Assembly: GCA_030141605.1 (NCBI GenBank)
Contig: JAQGDQ010000520.1
Coordinates: forward strand, 62,001-126,000
From: Tubiluchus corallicola
Lineage: Eukaryota > Animalia > Priapulida
Length of the DNA stretch: 64,000 nt
Direction: 5' to 3'
Under the pieces are notes generated by a model, which had not been told where the DNA came from, did not search any database, and saw only the letters and a program-made list of their open reading frames with translations. Position numbers and translations under genes: made by a program. Numbering within the stretch: position 1 is the first letter of the stretch; every line of letters begins with the position of its first letter. This document shows positions 26,601 to 40,600 of the stretch, piece after piece.

Positions 26601-29600
26601 TTAAATGAATTTTAATCATACTTGGAATCAATTATGCATACTAGGGTACTCATCATAGGTGATTTTAACGTGGATGATTCCATTGACAGTGATGCTGCAA
26701 AATTCACTGACCTGATGTTTTCTTTAGGGTTGACACAACACGTATAAAAACCCTCGCATGAAAAGGATCATTCCCTTTACCTTAGTATCACAAGATTGTC
26801 AGACATGGATGCCTCTAACATTAGCTATGAATGATCGCTAATTTCAGATCATGCTACAGTACTTGTTATTATTGTTATTTTTAGCTAACTAACCTGGACA
26901 AGTTAAACCTCTTTTATGTTCAACCAGTTTAGCTTAAGCTAAATGTTTAGAATTCATATCTTGAGTTGTGTACTTAAGTGCACTTTTTTCTTGTAAAGAA
27001 GTGTTCGTTACTCAAACCATAAACTCCCATGAGAACAAATTTGAAGGTCTCTATTTACATCCATGTAACTATTTAGTATTACTATTTGTGAATAACAGTA
27101 TTTACTGATTTACAGGTTTTTCATTTTTTTCTAGGTTGTATCAATAAAATTACTCAGTTTGACAAAGTACGTAAGTAGCTATTTATTAAATACATACGTT
27201 TTTTACTCTTTATCATTTTTGTAAGTGTGGAACATTTGCTTTTGGCCGTTGGTGGTTATATACAAAAGAGATATGCATCCTTGCTGCAGATTTGTAGAGA
27301 GTATTTTTAGTGTAGTTTTAATCATTGTGAATTTGTAATTGTTTGTTTTTATTTCTTTTTTTATGTTGAAATAAATTGTAATCAGTCAATTAATCAGTAG
27401 GTCAGAGAGACCTAAAAAAGATTAAGGTCCTCTTTTTTTGCATGCTTATAGCAAATATTTGCCTTTGACTTTGATTAACCTTAGTGGTAGTGTGATAATG
27501 AAAAATAAAATGTGATGGGTTTAATAATTTTGCATTAAACTCTGAGAGGAGGTTTTCAGGTATTCTCTTAAGTAAATGTAGTTAGTCCAATTTTTCATGG
27601 CATTCACAGTATATTCAAACTAGTCTATTTTCAGTATTTTTTAAAGCTGTCAATTATGGTTGTCAGACACTTTAACACAGGTTGTAAAGTTTTTCATGTG
27701 TTTTTTATTATTAACTTCATTAACTTTTGAAATGTCAAAGCTAATAATTATTGAGAATTAATTGCCACTATTATTGTTGTTTATTGTACTTTCAGCTCTT
27801 GCACGTGCGAACCTGCACTAAGATTGATTGATTTCTGTCCTGTTTAGGGTTGCACATTCCTGATCATATTTGGGTTACCTGGTTATAAAAGAGAGGATGA
27901 TTGCGCTAATGCTCTTACTTCTGCACAAAAAATACTAAACAACTTGAAAGAGTATAATCTTGGAATCATGCAAGTTAAATTCTTAGACATTTTTACATTT
28001 GTGTTGCAGATTATTAATACATTTTGTAATAAGTTTAATTTGTAATGATGCCAGTGTACAGCAACAATTACAATAGAGATACAGTATATGGGATGGTCAA
28101 ATTATCTTTGTATGACAGTAACAAAATGAAATTTTTGCATACTAACAGCTGTTTTTAAAATTTCTAGGAGTGTGTCGATCGGAATTACGACTGGTAAAAC
28201 ATTCTGCGGTGTTGTTGGACACAGACACAGACATGAATACACAGGTAAAAAGAACTGCTGAAGATCTTTTAGCATAGTTTATTTTATATTTATCTTTAAT
28301 ACATTTCTATTTGCAGTATTATTGTTAGCACACGTCATTGTTGAGAAATCTTTGGAGACATTTGAAATGAATTTTGAAATAGAAATGTGTCACTTTGTCT
28401 AACCAAATAGCTACTCTTCTGTATTGTCGTTGTTGTTGTTGCTGTTGTCGTTCGGAAAATGAATTCTGCTTCAATTGGAGGAATCAGTTTTTTGATCCGC
28501 ATTTTGAATTCAAGATGACGGCAAAAATATAAGTTTTGAAAAAAGTCTAAACTTCCGCCAGTTTGCAATTGAACGTCATGACGCTACGGGAATGTACCAG
28601 AATGAGCTCTGCAAAGACTGACAGAGTAACATTTTTCATCTGAAATTTTTGATTCAAGATAGTGAAGGTAACATCATTTTCATAAAAAGCCAATTTTATA
28701 GGAATGGACTAAAAGGAATTTTAGATCAACTGACGGAGTTGGAGTTTCAATCTACCACTTCTTATTCGTGATGGTGGCGATGACGCCATTTTCAAAAAAA
28801 GCCTAAGTCTCCACCAGTTCCGAGTGGACCGTGATGAAATTTATAGAAATATACTAGAAAAAGTTCCGCATCGATGGACGAAGTCAGATTTTCATTCTGC
28901 TATTTTGAATTATAGATGGATATGCCAGATTGGTGGATACTCCGCCATACTTAGTGCACGTACAGCTACAATGTCTAACATGTTGGGGCGTACTTCTCGA
29001 ATATATCGGTCCGACTTGCGTCCAAGTTGTTTTACGGCTAATCATCCAGAACTGACTCTGATCGTAATTCAATAATTGCTTGTATACTAGAATGATTTTG
29101 TGTTGATTGATAGAAACAAGTTCTCGATTTACCATCTTAAACTCAAGATGGCGTCATTGACGTTATTTCTAATCCACAACCTTGAATTCAGCAAGTGCTT
29201 CAATTAACAGTTCAAGTCAAACTTGTTTTAAATCATATTCTTGTCTGAACTTAAAATCAAACTGCAAGCAAGTCAAACTACTGTGAGAACTACCTCAACC
29301 CAAGGAAACTCATGGAAAATTCCTGTAACACTTCACAGCATTCTTTTCAAGTCGCATTTCAGGTCACATCATGTAACTCTAATCAAAATATGGATATTAC
29401 TAGTCTGTTGCAAATCATAAAGCCAGATTTATAGTGTTTTTTTAAAAATGGGCACTTTCAGCTGTTATCTGTCTTGATAGTTCTTGGTTTTTCTGATTAA
29501 TCTAGCTTCATTGAAAACAAAAGTTGCTATGACTTTTATGTAAAATGACTTGGTTTTGCACATGTACCATTTCCTTTTAGTCTTTGTCTAAATTTGTTTT

Positions 29601-31618
29601 GTTAAACTTGTTTTTGCCTCAATTTGTAGTCAAGTTTAAAACTGAGTTATTACTGAGAAACAGTTCAGGCTGAACTCTAACTTTTGTCTTTAGTGATTGG
29701 TGCTAAGGTGAATAAGGCTGCACGGTTGATGGCCAACTACCCAGATATTGTTGCCTGTGATGATGAGACGCACAAAGGTTCACGCTTGGCTCGAATGTAC
29801 TTCTCAGAACAAGAACCCAAGCCCTTAAAGGGCATTGAGAAAGTTGGCATCATCTATGAATATTCTGAAGCTAGAACAACGTAAGCTAGCTCTGTTTTTC
29901 GTTACATTTGGTTGTAAAATTTACAATGATACATTCACTTAAGATTCATTAGTAAGTGAAACCTAATTCTTTTCCTAAAGAAAAAGCGGACTCGCTCAAA
30001 ACAATTTACCCTGTAACATACTGAGAGAGAGACAATACTATTATTTTAGAAGTTACTTACGTGAAATCATTATTACCACAGAAACATAATTTTACATTCA
30101 CCCTGCTAGTTCTTTGCTGTTACATGCATTTCACCATTCACTGCAAAGATTTTCAGTTGTGACATAGTGCCCACATTCAAGAGCTCATGCGTGATCACAG
30201 AGGTAAACTTGAATATTGAATTTTAAACATGAAATTTGCCGCGTTTTTGTGTGTCACGCTGAATCTTGTACAGTGGTACTTTCGCAGACACATGAAGAAT
30301 ATTCATGGATTGTTTGTGTTGTTGAATATTGTGTTCAGTTGTATTGTCATAAATAGTTAGGCTTGCTGCCGTTTATTAAGTTTTAATCTATTATTTAATT
30401 ACCAGAAATGCTTTGACATCATTGTAAGTGTTGAAATGTATACTTTTACCATACTCCAAAATGGGTTAGGATATTAAAAATTATCCTGATTTCATTTAAA
30501 ATTATTATTTTTAAATGTGATTCTTAAGTGAGAGACTGATCATACCTTGCAAAATGTAGCATTGAAAACGTTGTCGCATTCCAGATTGTTATTTTCTGTG
30601 ATGTGCCAAATGGACTATTATTTCTAAGCTTTGACAGTTTTTCATGTAATAAATGTTACATACATTCATGTTTTATAGTTCACATATTCAAATGGATGAG
30701 AGCTCTGAGTTTATATCTGTACATCGTGTTACTGATTATCCGTTATTAGGTAAGTTTAGTAGTCATAGTTGCCAAGAATGTTTGCCAGTTTGGTTGCCCA
30801 GATTTCAATGATTTTGATCGAATGGCTTTTTTACAGTTTAAATTTTTCTTAACTAATTTATTTTCAAGTGCATTTTATATCTGACTTCTTTGTGCTTTGT
30901 ATCTGATCGTTATATATTCTATCAATTAGTTGTTACTTTAATGTTTTTTTACTTGCACAGTGGTTTTACTCAATGGTTTTCTTACAATTTATTCTTTTTA
31001 TGGTCAATTTATTTCTAAATGTGTTTTATATCTGATTTTTTGTGTTTTGTATCTTTTTATACATTTTATCTTTTTTTGAATATTCACTGATTTTCCTGTT
31101 CACTTCACTAGTATGGGCCAGCAGGCAGCTTGCTGTTTGGGGATAATGCTGGCCCTGGCACTCTAATAAAGGGTTAATATCAATACTGCATAATTAATTG
31201 TTTTCTGCTGCTTTTGCGATTTCTTTTTCATTTTTGTAATCAAAGATTTTCCCAGAATTTTAATAAACAATGGCTGCAAAGCAAACACCAAGCAATGAAT
31301 TTTAGCAGGGAGAAATCAAAGCCTAAAAAATACGCATTTTACTGAGAAAGTACGAGCAGTTACATGAGAATTGTTTAAGCACGTGGTGACAGAACATTGT
31401 GTGTAATTGCTAGTTTGAAATCGCACTTCATTTAATTTATTTGTTAGAGCATTAGAGCATATTTATGGCAGTACTTCTACACCCCCGTGTTAACTGTAAT
31501 ATTGGCTACATTTTTCTGAGGAACATCTTGCTAGTTTCAGACATGTTGCTTGCATTTTCTGTTCAGTCTGCTGGTTTTCACGTAGGTCGGGATCTAAGTA
31601 ATACTCTGTTAATAATAA

Positions 31619-31660
<42 letters not shown>

Positions 31661-34600
31661 TTGTCTTCTTTTACACATGCAGTTACGTCAGCAATTTTTA
31701 CTAGTTATTTCTTTGTACATACTGCATATTTATAATAGTATTTAAAACATACATCATCACGAAAGAAAATAATTCTATACAAGTCTCAATTTTATCTCCA
31801 GGTAATAGTAGCAAAATTACCGCCAGATTTAATCATTTTATTACGAACATTTCTTACTAGTTTATGTTTGTAAAACAATGCAGTATAAAAGCATACAACT
31901 AGTCCACCAAATGCAGATTTGACTTTGCATAATATGTGTTTTCTTTTGTTTACATGTAGCAGTGTAGTGCTTGCTAAAGTTAAATAATTGACTGCTTAAA
32001 ATTTTAGTGAAACATGTGACTTTTATGTTTATAGAGAAAGGTATGATTCAAATTGAGCTTTTATTGTCTTTTACTTTCCAAAGGTTCCTATTAACATCAT
32101 TTATTTTTGGACACGCATGTACAATTAAGTTATATAAGTGGTTTAGTTAGAAGAAATTAGTAGAACTAGTAGCAAAACATTGAAACACTGACAAACAACC
32201 AACAAGCACTGAGATTATTTGCTTACAAGAAGACAAAACAATTAATTTAAAAAGGCAACACATATTTTAACATTTCTCTCAATTAATACTTATTAATTGA
32301 TAAAAAATTAAAATTTCTATGCAACTTATACAGTATTTTGCTAAGTTTACTATCGCTAGTTAAATCACTTTTTGTAATGCTAATAAAAGCATAGTTTTAC
32401 TCTTGTTTGTTTTATAAAGAAGGGTTACCATTATTGGATTTTCTTAACTTCACTACTGCAAGTTATAGAATTATACAATGAGAACGAAATAGACAAAATT
32501 TAGGGAAGTTGGATTAAACTGCAATTACCTTTTGTAGGTTCACTGTAACATTCAAAATGTGCAAAACACCACAAGATGAAAAAACTTGTTTAAACATAGG
32601 CCAAAGTAGCAATAACTCATGAAAGCAAAAAATAATAATAAAAGCACGTTAATGTTTTATTTAAGACTAGAACAAAGTAATTTTTGTCTTTCACAGGTAG
32701 AGAACAAGAACTTGAAATGGTTTCACAGCGACTGGACAAGATTACAAGTTTTTCACTTAAAGATGATAATGTTTTTTTGCTCGAAGGTACTACTGGTCAA
32801 GGCTCATCTCGTTTGATGAGTGCCTGTCGTGAGATAGCCATCGAAAAAGGAATTAAGTAAGCAGCTAAAATTATTGCATTTTTGGGGTACTTGCGAAGTG
32901 ACTCCAAAAAACTTTCGTCACGATGCAGGTTTTGTTGTTGTTCATGTAACAAGCTTTAAGAAAATTCTTAAATTGCGACACAAGAATAGAGTTACTCCAT
33001 ATTCTAAATTTTTTATGAGGAACTGATTCCATGGCAACGATAAATGGCATTCTAAATTACGTATTCACGAAAAACGGATTCATGACAACAGTAAAGGGTG
33101 TTTTAAATGACATAACTTGTCAGAGAAAGCTCAAATAGCGAGTAACCTAAAGCTTCAAATTCCCGCCTACTTCGACAAATGTAATTGTAACCGAAATTAT
33201 TTTGTGCATGTCATAGTAATAGGTGGAAATAAAGAGCATTCTGTTTCCTTTCTTCATACTTTGGTCCAGCTACATTACAACTCAAAGACCACCATGTCCT
33301 TACAACTTGCTCTTGTTTCATGGAGTGAAAGAATGGTCATTGGATGATGGTCCTTGGCCACGGGCCAGGTTACACCTGTAAAATTTCTTTAGTTTGTGTT
33401 TACTTTGAGAGCTTTTAAGTGTGAGGTCTAACTTCACATACTCTGTGATTATGGTGTATATAGAGACAGATATATGTACGCTCACAAAAACTTTGTACAA
33501 GGGACTACAAATCAAAAATGCATTACAAAAGATGTGTGTTAACAGACTCTTGCAAAAAAGTCTGTTAGAGAGATGGTTGGCTGAGATGTGCAAAATGGAA
33601 AAGCTGTTAACACATTACATGCCCGGTGACCTTTCTTCAGCACTGTATATGTAATGATAAAAATTTCATTTTTTATAATAGAGTTATGGATTTTCCACTC
33701 AGCAGTGCTGATGCGGGCTCTCAGTTCTACACATTGCAGAGTTTGATCATGCGAATGGTAATGGGCACAGAAGACGTTTGCAGATCCCGCTTAGAAACCG
33801 AAAATGCATTTCTAAAGTTAGTTAGAGATAAACCGGATGTTGTGGATTGTATTAGTTTGCTTAACGAGATTCTCTTCTTAAGGGTATGCTTGCTATAATG
33901 AATTAAATTTGCTAAATAAATCGTTACCATACATTTTATTTTATTGCAGGGTTACCTTATGCTGCTGCTAATGTTTGCTCTTTTCTCAGCACATTGTAAG
34001 CCAGCATCCGTCACTCAACGATGAAGCTTATTTATTCTGTTGATTGAGCTAAAATTGGAATCAGGCGAATTTAAGAATAATTCTCTAAAATGAAACACTG
34101 AGTGACAGAGGTTATTTAGCCCATATGAGCATTGGGGACGGGACGAGTCTTCGCTGCTCCAAAGCTTCAGTTAATTGATCTGAATTGGAGCATTGATTCG
34201 CAGATCCACCCCCGTTTTACTTTAAATGCTTCAGATCCAATTCGGGTTCGGTAAAAAGATGCGAAGTAGTCTTCACAGTTCACCCAGCATAAGGGAAAAA
34301 TCCTCTGCAACTATTGCTGTAAAATTCTTACCAGTTTATTCTCTAATAAAACTTAAATTTTGTGATAAGCATTTTACCATGTTAATCGTTACATTTAATC
34401 TGATCGCGAAGTTTCGTAAAAGTTATGCATTGTATAAGTTATTTGTTTGACATCAATTTAATGTCCAACTGATGCTAAATATGTTTATTGAGTGAGGACG
34501 ATCGTTTCAGCTTTTATAGCCATTGTCAGTACTGTAAATCTAGCTTTTGTAGCATTGAAAATGGATTTAATAGCCAAAACAATCGTCTATGCTCAATAAA

Positions 34601-37600
34601 TATGTTGATTCCTAGAGGCTGGCTCTTTCATGTGTTTGGCACTAAATATTGTCAACAGCAATACAACGTGCGCACAAAATTTTGACTATTGTGCTCTTAA
34701 ACACAAATGATATTTTGGCAACCATTGTGTTTAAATTATTTTATTTCTGAACCTTATTAATTTAGTTCCACATAAGAAGGTGCACTCGTGAAATATGTTA
34801 AAATTTCTCTGAATTTTTTGTACATAGCACCACTCTCATTTTGTACAGTAATAGCATTATTTTCTATATAGATTGTAATAAATGAAGATTAAAACAAGCT
34901 GAACGTAGGCAAAAACTAAATCCGAACTATGGAACTTTACTGTGTTTGGCAAGACCATTGCAACTAACAGCACACTGTTCCTAAGATGGAAAATCTAATT
35001 GGAGCTAAGTTACAAGATTCAGATTCCCCTGGTATTGAAAGTTATGAATGAATTAAAGGTCCGGATTCAGTTCGGTTTCTGAAACTGCAAAGATGTGAGA
35101 TTCAGATTCGATTCGATTTCTGAAATGAAACAAAATCAGCTTTGATTCGATTCTGTTTTGGAAATTTAAGCTTTGTCCTATTCTTAATGAGTATACCCTT
35201 AACTTGTTGAAATACTAAATTGGTTAAGTGTCACAAATGAAGCATAAGCTCTATAGCCATGTTGCACATCAAAATAATCAAATTCTTTGTGGAACCGAAA
35301 TGAAAAAATTATTTAGTGTACCTAAGAAACAAATGCCTACTACAAGAGCCAAAAAGTATATCCAGAATGCTGAATAAACCATTCTTGATCAATAGGGTCT
35401 AGTACCAAGTAGAAAAGCAAAAAGCTTGAACTGTAGCCATAGCTGCAGCTGTAGCTAAAGTAATTGCAACCATATGTCACAACCATATGAACCACTGACT
35501 TGTTACTTCCGTTTTGACATTAGGTAGAGGAGAACCTGACAATGGAGAACACTCTAATAATACATCATTGATTCTGTAACAATTACGATGCATCATCATA
35601 TCATAGAGTTCATGCAGGTAATGATTTGTTTCAGTTTCCAGGTGACGCTATCATGAAGATGGATGCCAAAACAAAACTGAACAAAATTCATGAAATAATT
35701 TCAACTCTAGTAGAAATAGTAAGTTTTTATTGAGTAATCTGATAGAGGAGGTTGTTATTTGGCTTGTGGTGAAAGTTCTGTTCTGTTTACATTTGGGCGT
35801 TCGTTGATTTTTTTTTCATGCCAATGCAATATCAAGCCAGTAATCCATTATAGGTCTTGCTGTTGTTAACATACACCTGACTTTATATAAAAAACAATGC
35901 TAGACATCATAAAGAAGTTCTCTTATGGAATGTTTGAAATTATTTTATCAATGACACAATAATACAATACAAATTTGAATAAGCTTACAATTAAAATTTA
36001 AGCTTTAGTTTGTTTTGGGGAAATGTTCTGTGTTCTTTTTTATTTCTAGATGGAATTACTCATAAAAAGCAGTGTAATGTCCATACCCGAGTTTGCAATG
36101 TTATAACTAGTTTTATTTTATGACCAAGAGATTATTTACAAGAGTTCTAAATGAAATTGGTGTCAGCATGTTTTCTCATTCAAACATGTTCCATCTTCAG
36201 CATGTGAACATCAGCTGACTGGTTGGTTATTTTTTCATGTTTCATACTAGCATAAACAATTCATATACCATGCGATATAAAACTATATGTTTTTGTCTCC
36301 AGTTGTGTAACTGAAAAAAATTCAACTGCACTAGTGATTGTATGACCAATATAAGGGTTAGTTTCAAGAACACAAAAGCAAATTTTATTGATAGCTAGCT
36401 GCTACTTTTTGGTGGTCTTTGTTACTCTTTTTTTTGTCATAAATTCAGCAGTAAGTGAGTGTTTAATATTTAGGTAATCTTTGTTAAATAAATGATAATT
36501 ACTTGCGTTTCATGCTTACATCTTAGTGACCATTAGCTAATTTTTGTCTCTTGCCGGTACGACTCATTCTCCAAACATTTGAACAAATTCTAAATAAACT
36601 CCCCAGAATTGGCTCTTGATTACATTAAACAGTAGTTAATTGTTTAATAGTCTTCTTATATTACTACCTTACTACTGCCCTTTTAGTGCAGTGCACAAGA
36701 AGAGGGGATACTATTCACAGTGGATGATGCTCATTTTATGGATAGTGGTTCCTGGGAATACATCTCAGATCTTGGAAGTCAACCATCAACTCTTGTATTG
36801 ATTTCATCGCGAGTCTTTTTCGGCCACGAGTTTGACTCTCCACCGGAGTCTGCCATGAGGGTCTACAATGAGGGAACTACTTTGCGGTGGCGTTTGCAGG
36901 GCCTCAAACCGGAGTTCATGCACGATTTAGCCTGCCAGATTTTGGATGTGAAAAATGTTCCAGACGAGCTTGTCAAGTAAGTTAATGTTTGAGACATCAG
37001 AATGTAAAAAACTGGAATTCTGTAAATTACAATGGTAACTTACTTAGGCAAAAAATGATTAGCTTACTTGCAAAATATGGTAATTTTCTTACCTGGTACT
37101 TAATGCTGAGTTAATGAAGAAAATTAGAATTTTTCTTATTACCGGTAACTTTCTTGCTATACCAACTCCGCTAAATTTACCTCTCATGCTTTGTCCAATA
37201 CAAACATAACAACATTAACTACTTTTGGTGATGATGTCACATGGCCTAGATTGTCTGGTGCTGCCTGCTTCCTGTATTAGCTACAATACACATACAGATG
37301 CAGTTGTATTCTACCAGGTGTAATGGTTTTGTTCTGATTAAAATGAACATTTTTTTTGTCTGCTGCATTGGCTACAGCACTGATGCTGTTGTATTCTATC
37401 AGGCATGATGGTTTTGTTCTGATAAGAATGGACGCTTTTTGTCTAATGCATTGGCCATAGCACGATGATGCTGTTGTTGTGTTCTACCAGGTGTACTGGT
37501 TTTGTTATGATTAAAATGGACACTTTCTCTGCTGCATTGCCCATAGCACTGATGCTGCTGTATTCTATCAGGTGTAGTGGTTTTAGTCTGATTAAAATGG

Positions 37601-40600
37601 ACACTTTTTCATTTTCATCAGTTTCATAAACATGCTTAAGTGAAAAATTTGGAGGTAAGGTGCCTGGTTGCTCTGTATCTGGATGTTCACAACAAAGTGG
37701 AAATGGAATTTCCTTGTGTGCATTCCCCTAAGACGAAAAGCTAGGATAAGTAAGTATAAGAGAGAAATTAAAAATGGATGCCTAACAAAATAACACAATA
37801 ACGTATAGATTTTGTTAGAACCACGATGTTTGCGGTGAAAACAAAAGGAACCTATTTCGAAAGTGTTACAAATGATAGATGTAAATAGCTCTGAGATTAG
37901 TATAAACGGAGTGACAAGGCATTGGATCTTTGCTGTGGAGCAGCTTATCAATGAATATGCACAAAATAACTAGTTTGGGCTTTTTAGTCGCTTAAAAACT
38001 CACCTTTTCAGGCACATCTACCATATACTAATTTAAAAAAAATTCGGATTGACTATCACTTATCATTTGCAACTATTGCGAGGATTTTTTTCATTGTAAT
38101 GTTGTACAATATTGTATACAGTGTTCCCTCGCTACTTCGCGGTTTGTTTAGTGCGGACTCGCTGTTTTGCGAGTTTTTGCGGTACTTCATGTAAAGTATT
38201 TTTGCACATGCAGTGTACGTATTGTACTGTAATGTATAGATTTGATGAATTTTGAAAGGGTACATGTACAGTATGGGAAAAGTTATTAAGGGAATGGGAA
38301 AGGGTTATGTGTAAGATTGTGGGGAGGGTTATAAAAACTTAAAATAATGTATAACTACTAAGATAAGTATAGCATCCCTACTTCTCAGAAATTCATTTAT
38401 TGTGGGTGGGCCTGGAACGGAACACACGCGATAAGTGAGGGAACACTGTAATTCATTGTATAGAGTATTGTAGTAGTGTTTATTGTGTAATGCTATGTAA
38501 AAAATAATTATTATTTTCAAGAATTTTGGAACAGAAGAGCCACGGCATTCCTGGTTGGTGTGACAAGTTACTGAAAGACATGCAGGCCAATAACATGTTA
38601 GAAATAAAAAGTGTGAAACTTTCGGATGAAGTTACCCCCATTTCCTCCAGTTCTTCACGTAAAGCAAGTGCATTGGCAGATACCACTTCCAGAAAGTCAC
38701 GAGCTTTATCAAATGCGGTAATTTTAGTATTTAGTATTTAGTATTCATTAACATTTCATCAAAAATAAATATACAGATAATAAAATATTTACACTGTTTT
38801 GAAGTAGAACAAAACTTTTATTTTGAAATTAACATTACAGAAAAAGCAAAAAACGTGGCAATTTCTGTGCTTTCAAAAGGTGGGCTAAAAACGTGCTTAA
38901 TTGTGATTGGCTGACCTACTAAATGCATATAACGAAGCAAAGTTTTACAGGCAAATCTAAATAAGTATAACGTTAGATTAGATGGCGAGTAGAGAGAAAT
39001 CTTCTCAACATACATAAAACTGAAAAGATTTACAGGAGTTGCCAAGCATACAGCCTTATTGTGCTCTGTGCAATAGTTGTAAAACTAAATATTTTATAAG
39101 CACATTTAACCCTTTCACTACGGAAGGTGGCACACTGCCGCCTATGTTTTTCTTGTAAGGGACAGAAGACGGCAGAGTGCCGCCCTGGCTCAGCACTAAG
39201 CACATTTACCCAGGTCTGTTTATTTCGCTGCTACGGTCATGCAAAAACATTGTAGAAAAGTTTGAAGCCGTGGGGTAGCGCTTGCATGGCAACAAGTAAC
39301 GTTAACCAGCCAATCAGCATCTGAAGCCAGATGCATTCCATAATACTGTACTGTATAATACATTTTCATGTGAAATTGGTTGTTGATAGTTGGTGAAATG
39401 TGTTTAGTCACTTGTTCTGCATACTTATAAAATAATTGCGTATTATGGAGTACTAATACGGACTTTTGTGTAAATTGGCTTGTAAATATAAGTATGTGCT
39501 TATTTTTGTGGGTGCACATGTGCGTGCATGCATGAGGGCATATGTGTGTGCACGGATGTGTGTGCATGTGTGTAAATGAAAATAATATCCAATATTAGTG
39601 TTTAATAGCAAATGGTTATGTGTTTATTTACAATATTCTGTTTTAGTAACACACCACAAGAAGTTATTGTTAAATGTGCAAAAGCGAATGCGGCCCTGTT
39701 AAAAAGCAACTACGTAGTGATAAGGTTAATATGTAGAAGTGGTTTATAACATACGCCTAAACCAAGAGTAAACTTAGCAATTATTGATACCAGATTAGGT
39801 AATGAACGATGACAACTGTTCTTCTTTTGACCCTTGCTTTTATCATTGCTGTTAAAAATTGAGGATGTGTTTCATCGACTACCACAAAAGGAATCGAGCA
39901 GCACTGCAAATTTTTTCACCTTATTTCATCATACAAATAATACACTTCATTTGATTTCACATAAGATTTCTTGTTGGCAGCATCATAGAATGGCAACTTT
40001 GTATGACGGCCACAACGAGAATTCTCTTGATAACGTGCAATTGCTATCTAATTTCGAAATAAAATTTGTTTTCATTTGAAAGTGTCACGTGCCAACTGTT
40101 GGAACAATGTTGTACCATCTAAGAGACTTTTGGAAGATGCCATTTATCAGGAGACACAGTTGTTTACTTACTGTAAATTTTCCTATTTTAGTTTAAATGT
40201 TTTTGTTTTATTTGTATAGCCTTTGCTTCATGTTGAAGCTGCTGAAAGACCTCCTGAACCCATTTGCATCATAACTCCCGGAACTGACCTGTCAGTTGTA
40301 GAAATGCCAGATTCAATGAAAGGTATCACTGCACTAAATTGAAGTTTCATGTGAAATGTTTGAATACAGAAGCCCAGTTTTCTTTATTGAAAATCGTAAT
40401 GTGGTTTAGGAAATAATAAAAAAATTAAGTGTCTTGGTTTTTGTCTCTTTGTATACAAAAAGCATCAAATTTTGTTAGATAAATGTTCATGTTCCATATC
40501 TTCCACATGTAGTTTCGACTATGTCAGTGCTTTCACATCCTCACGAGCAACATTGAATGAATCTCAATGACTTTTTGTTTCTTTTGATGCTACGTTTACA

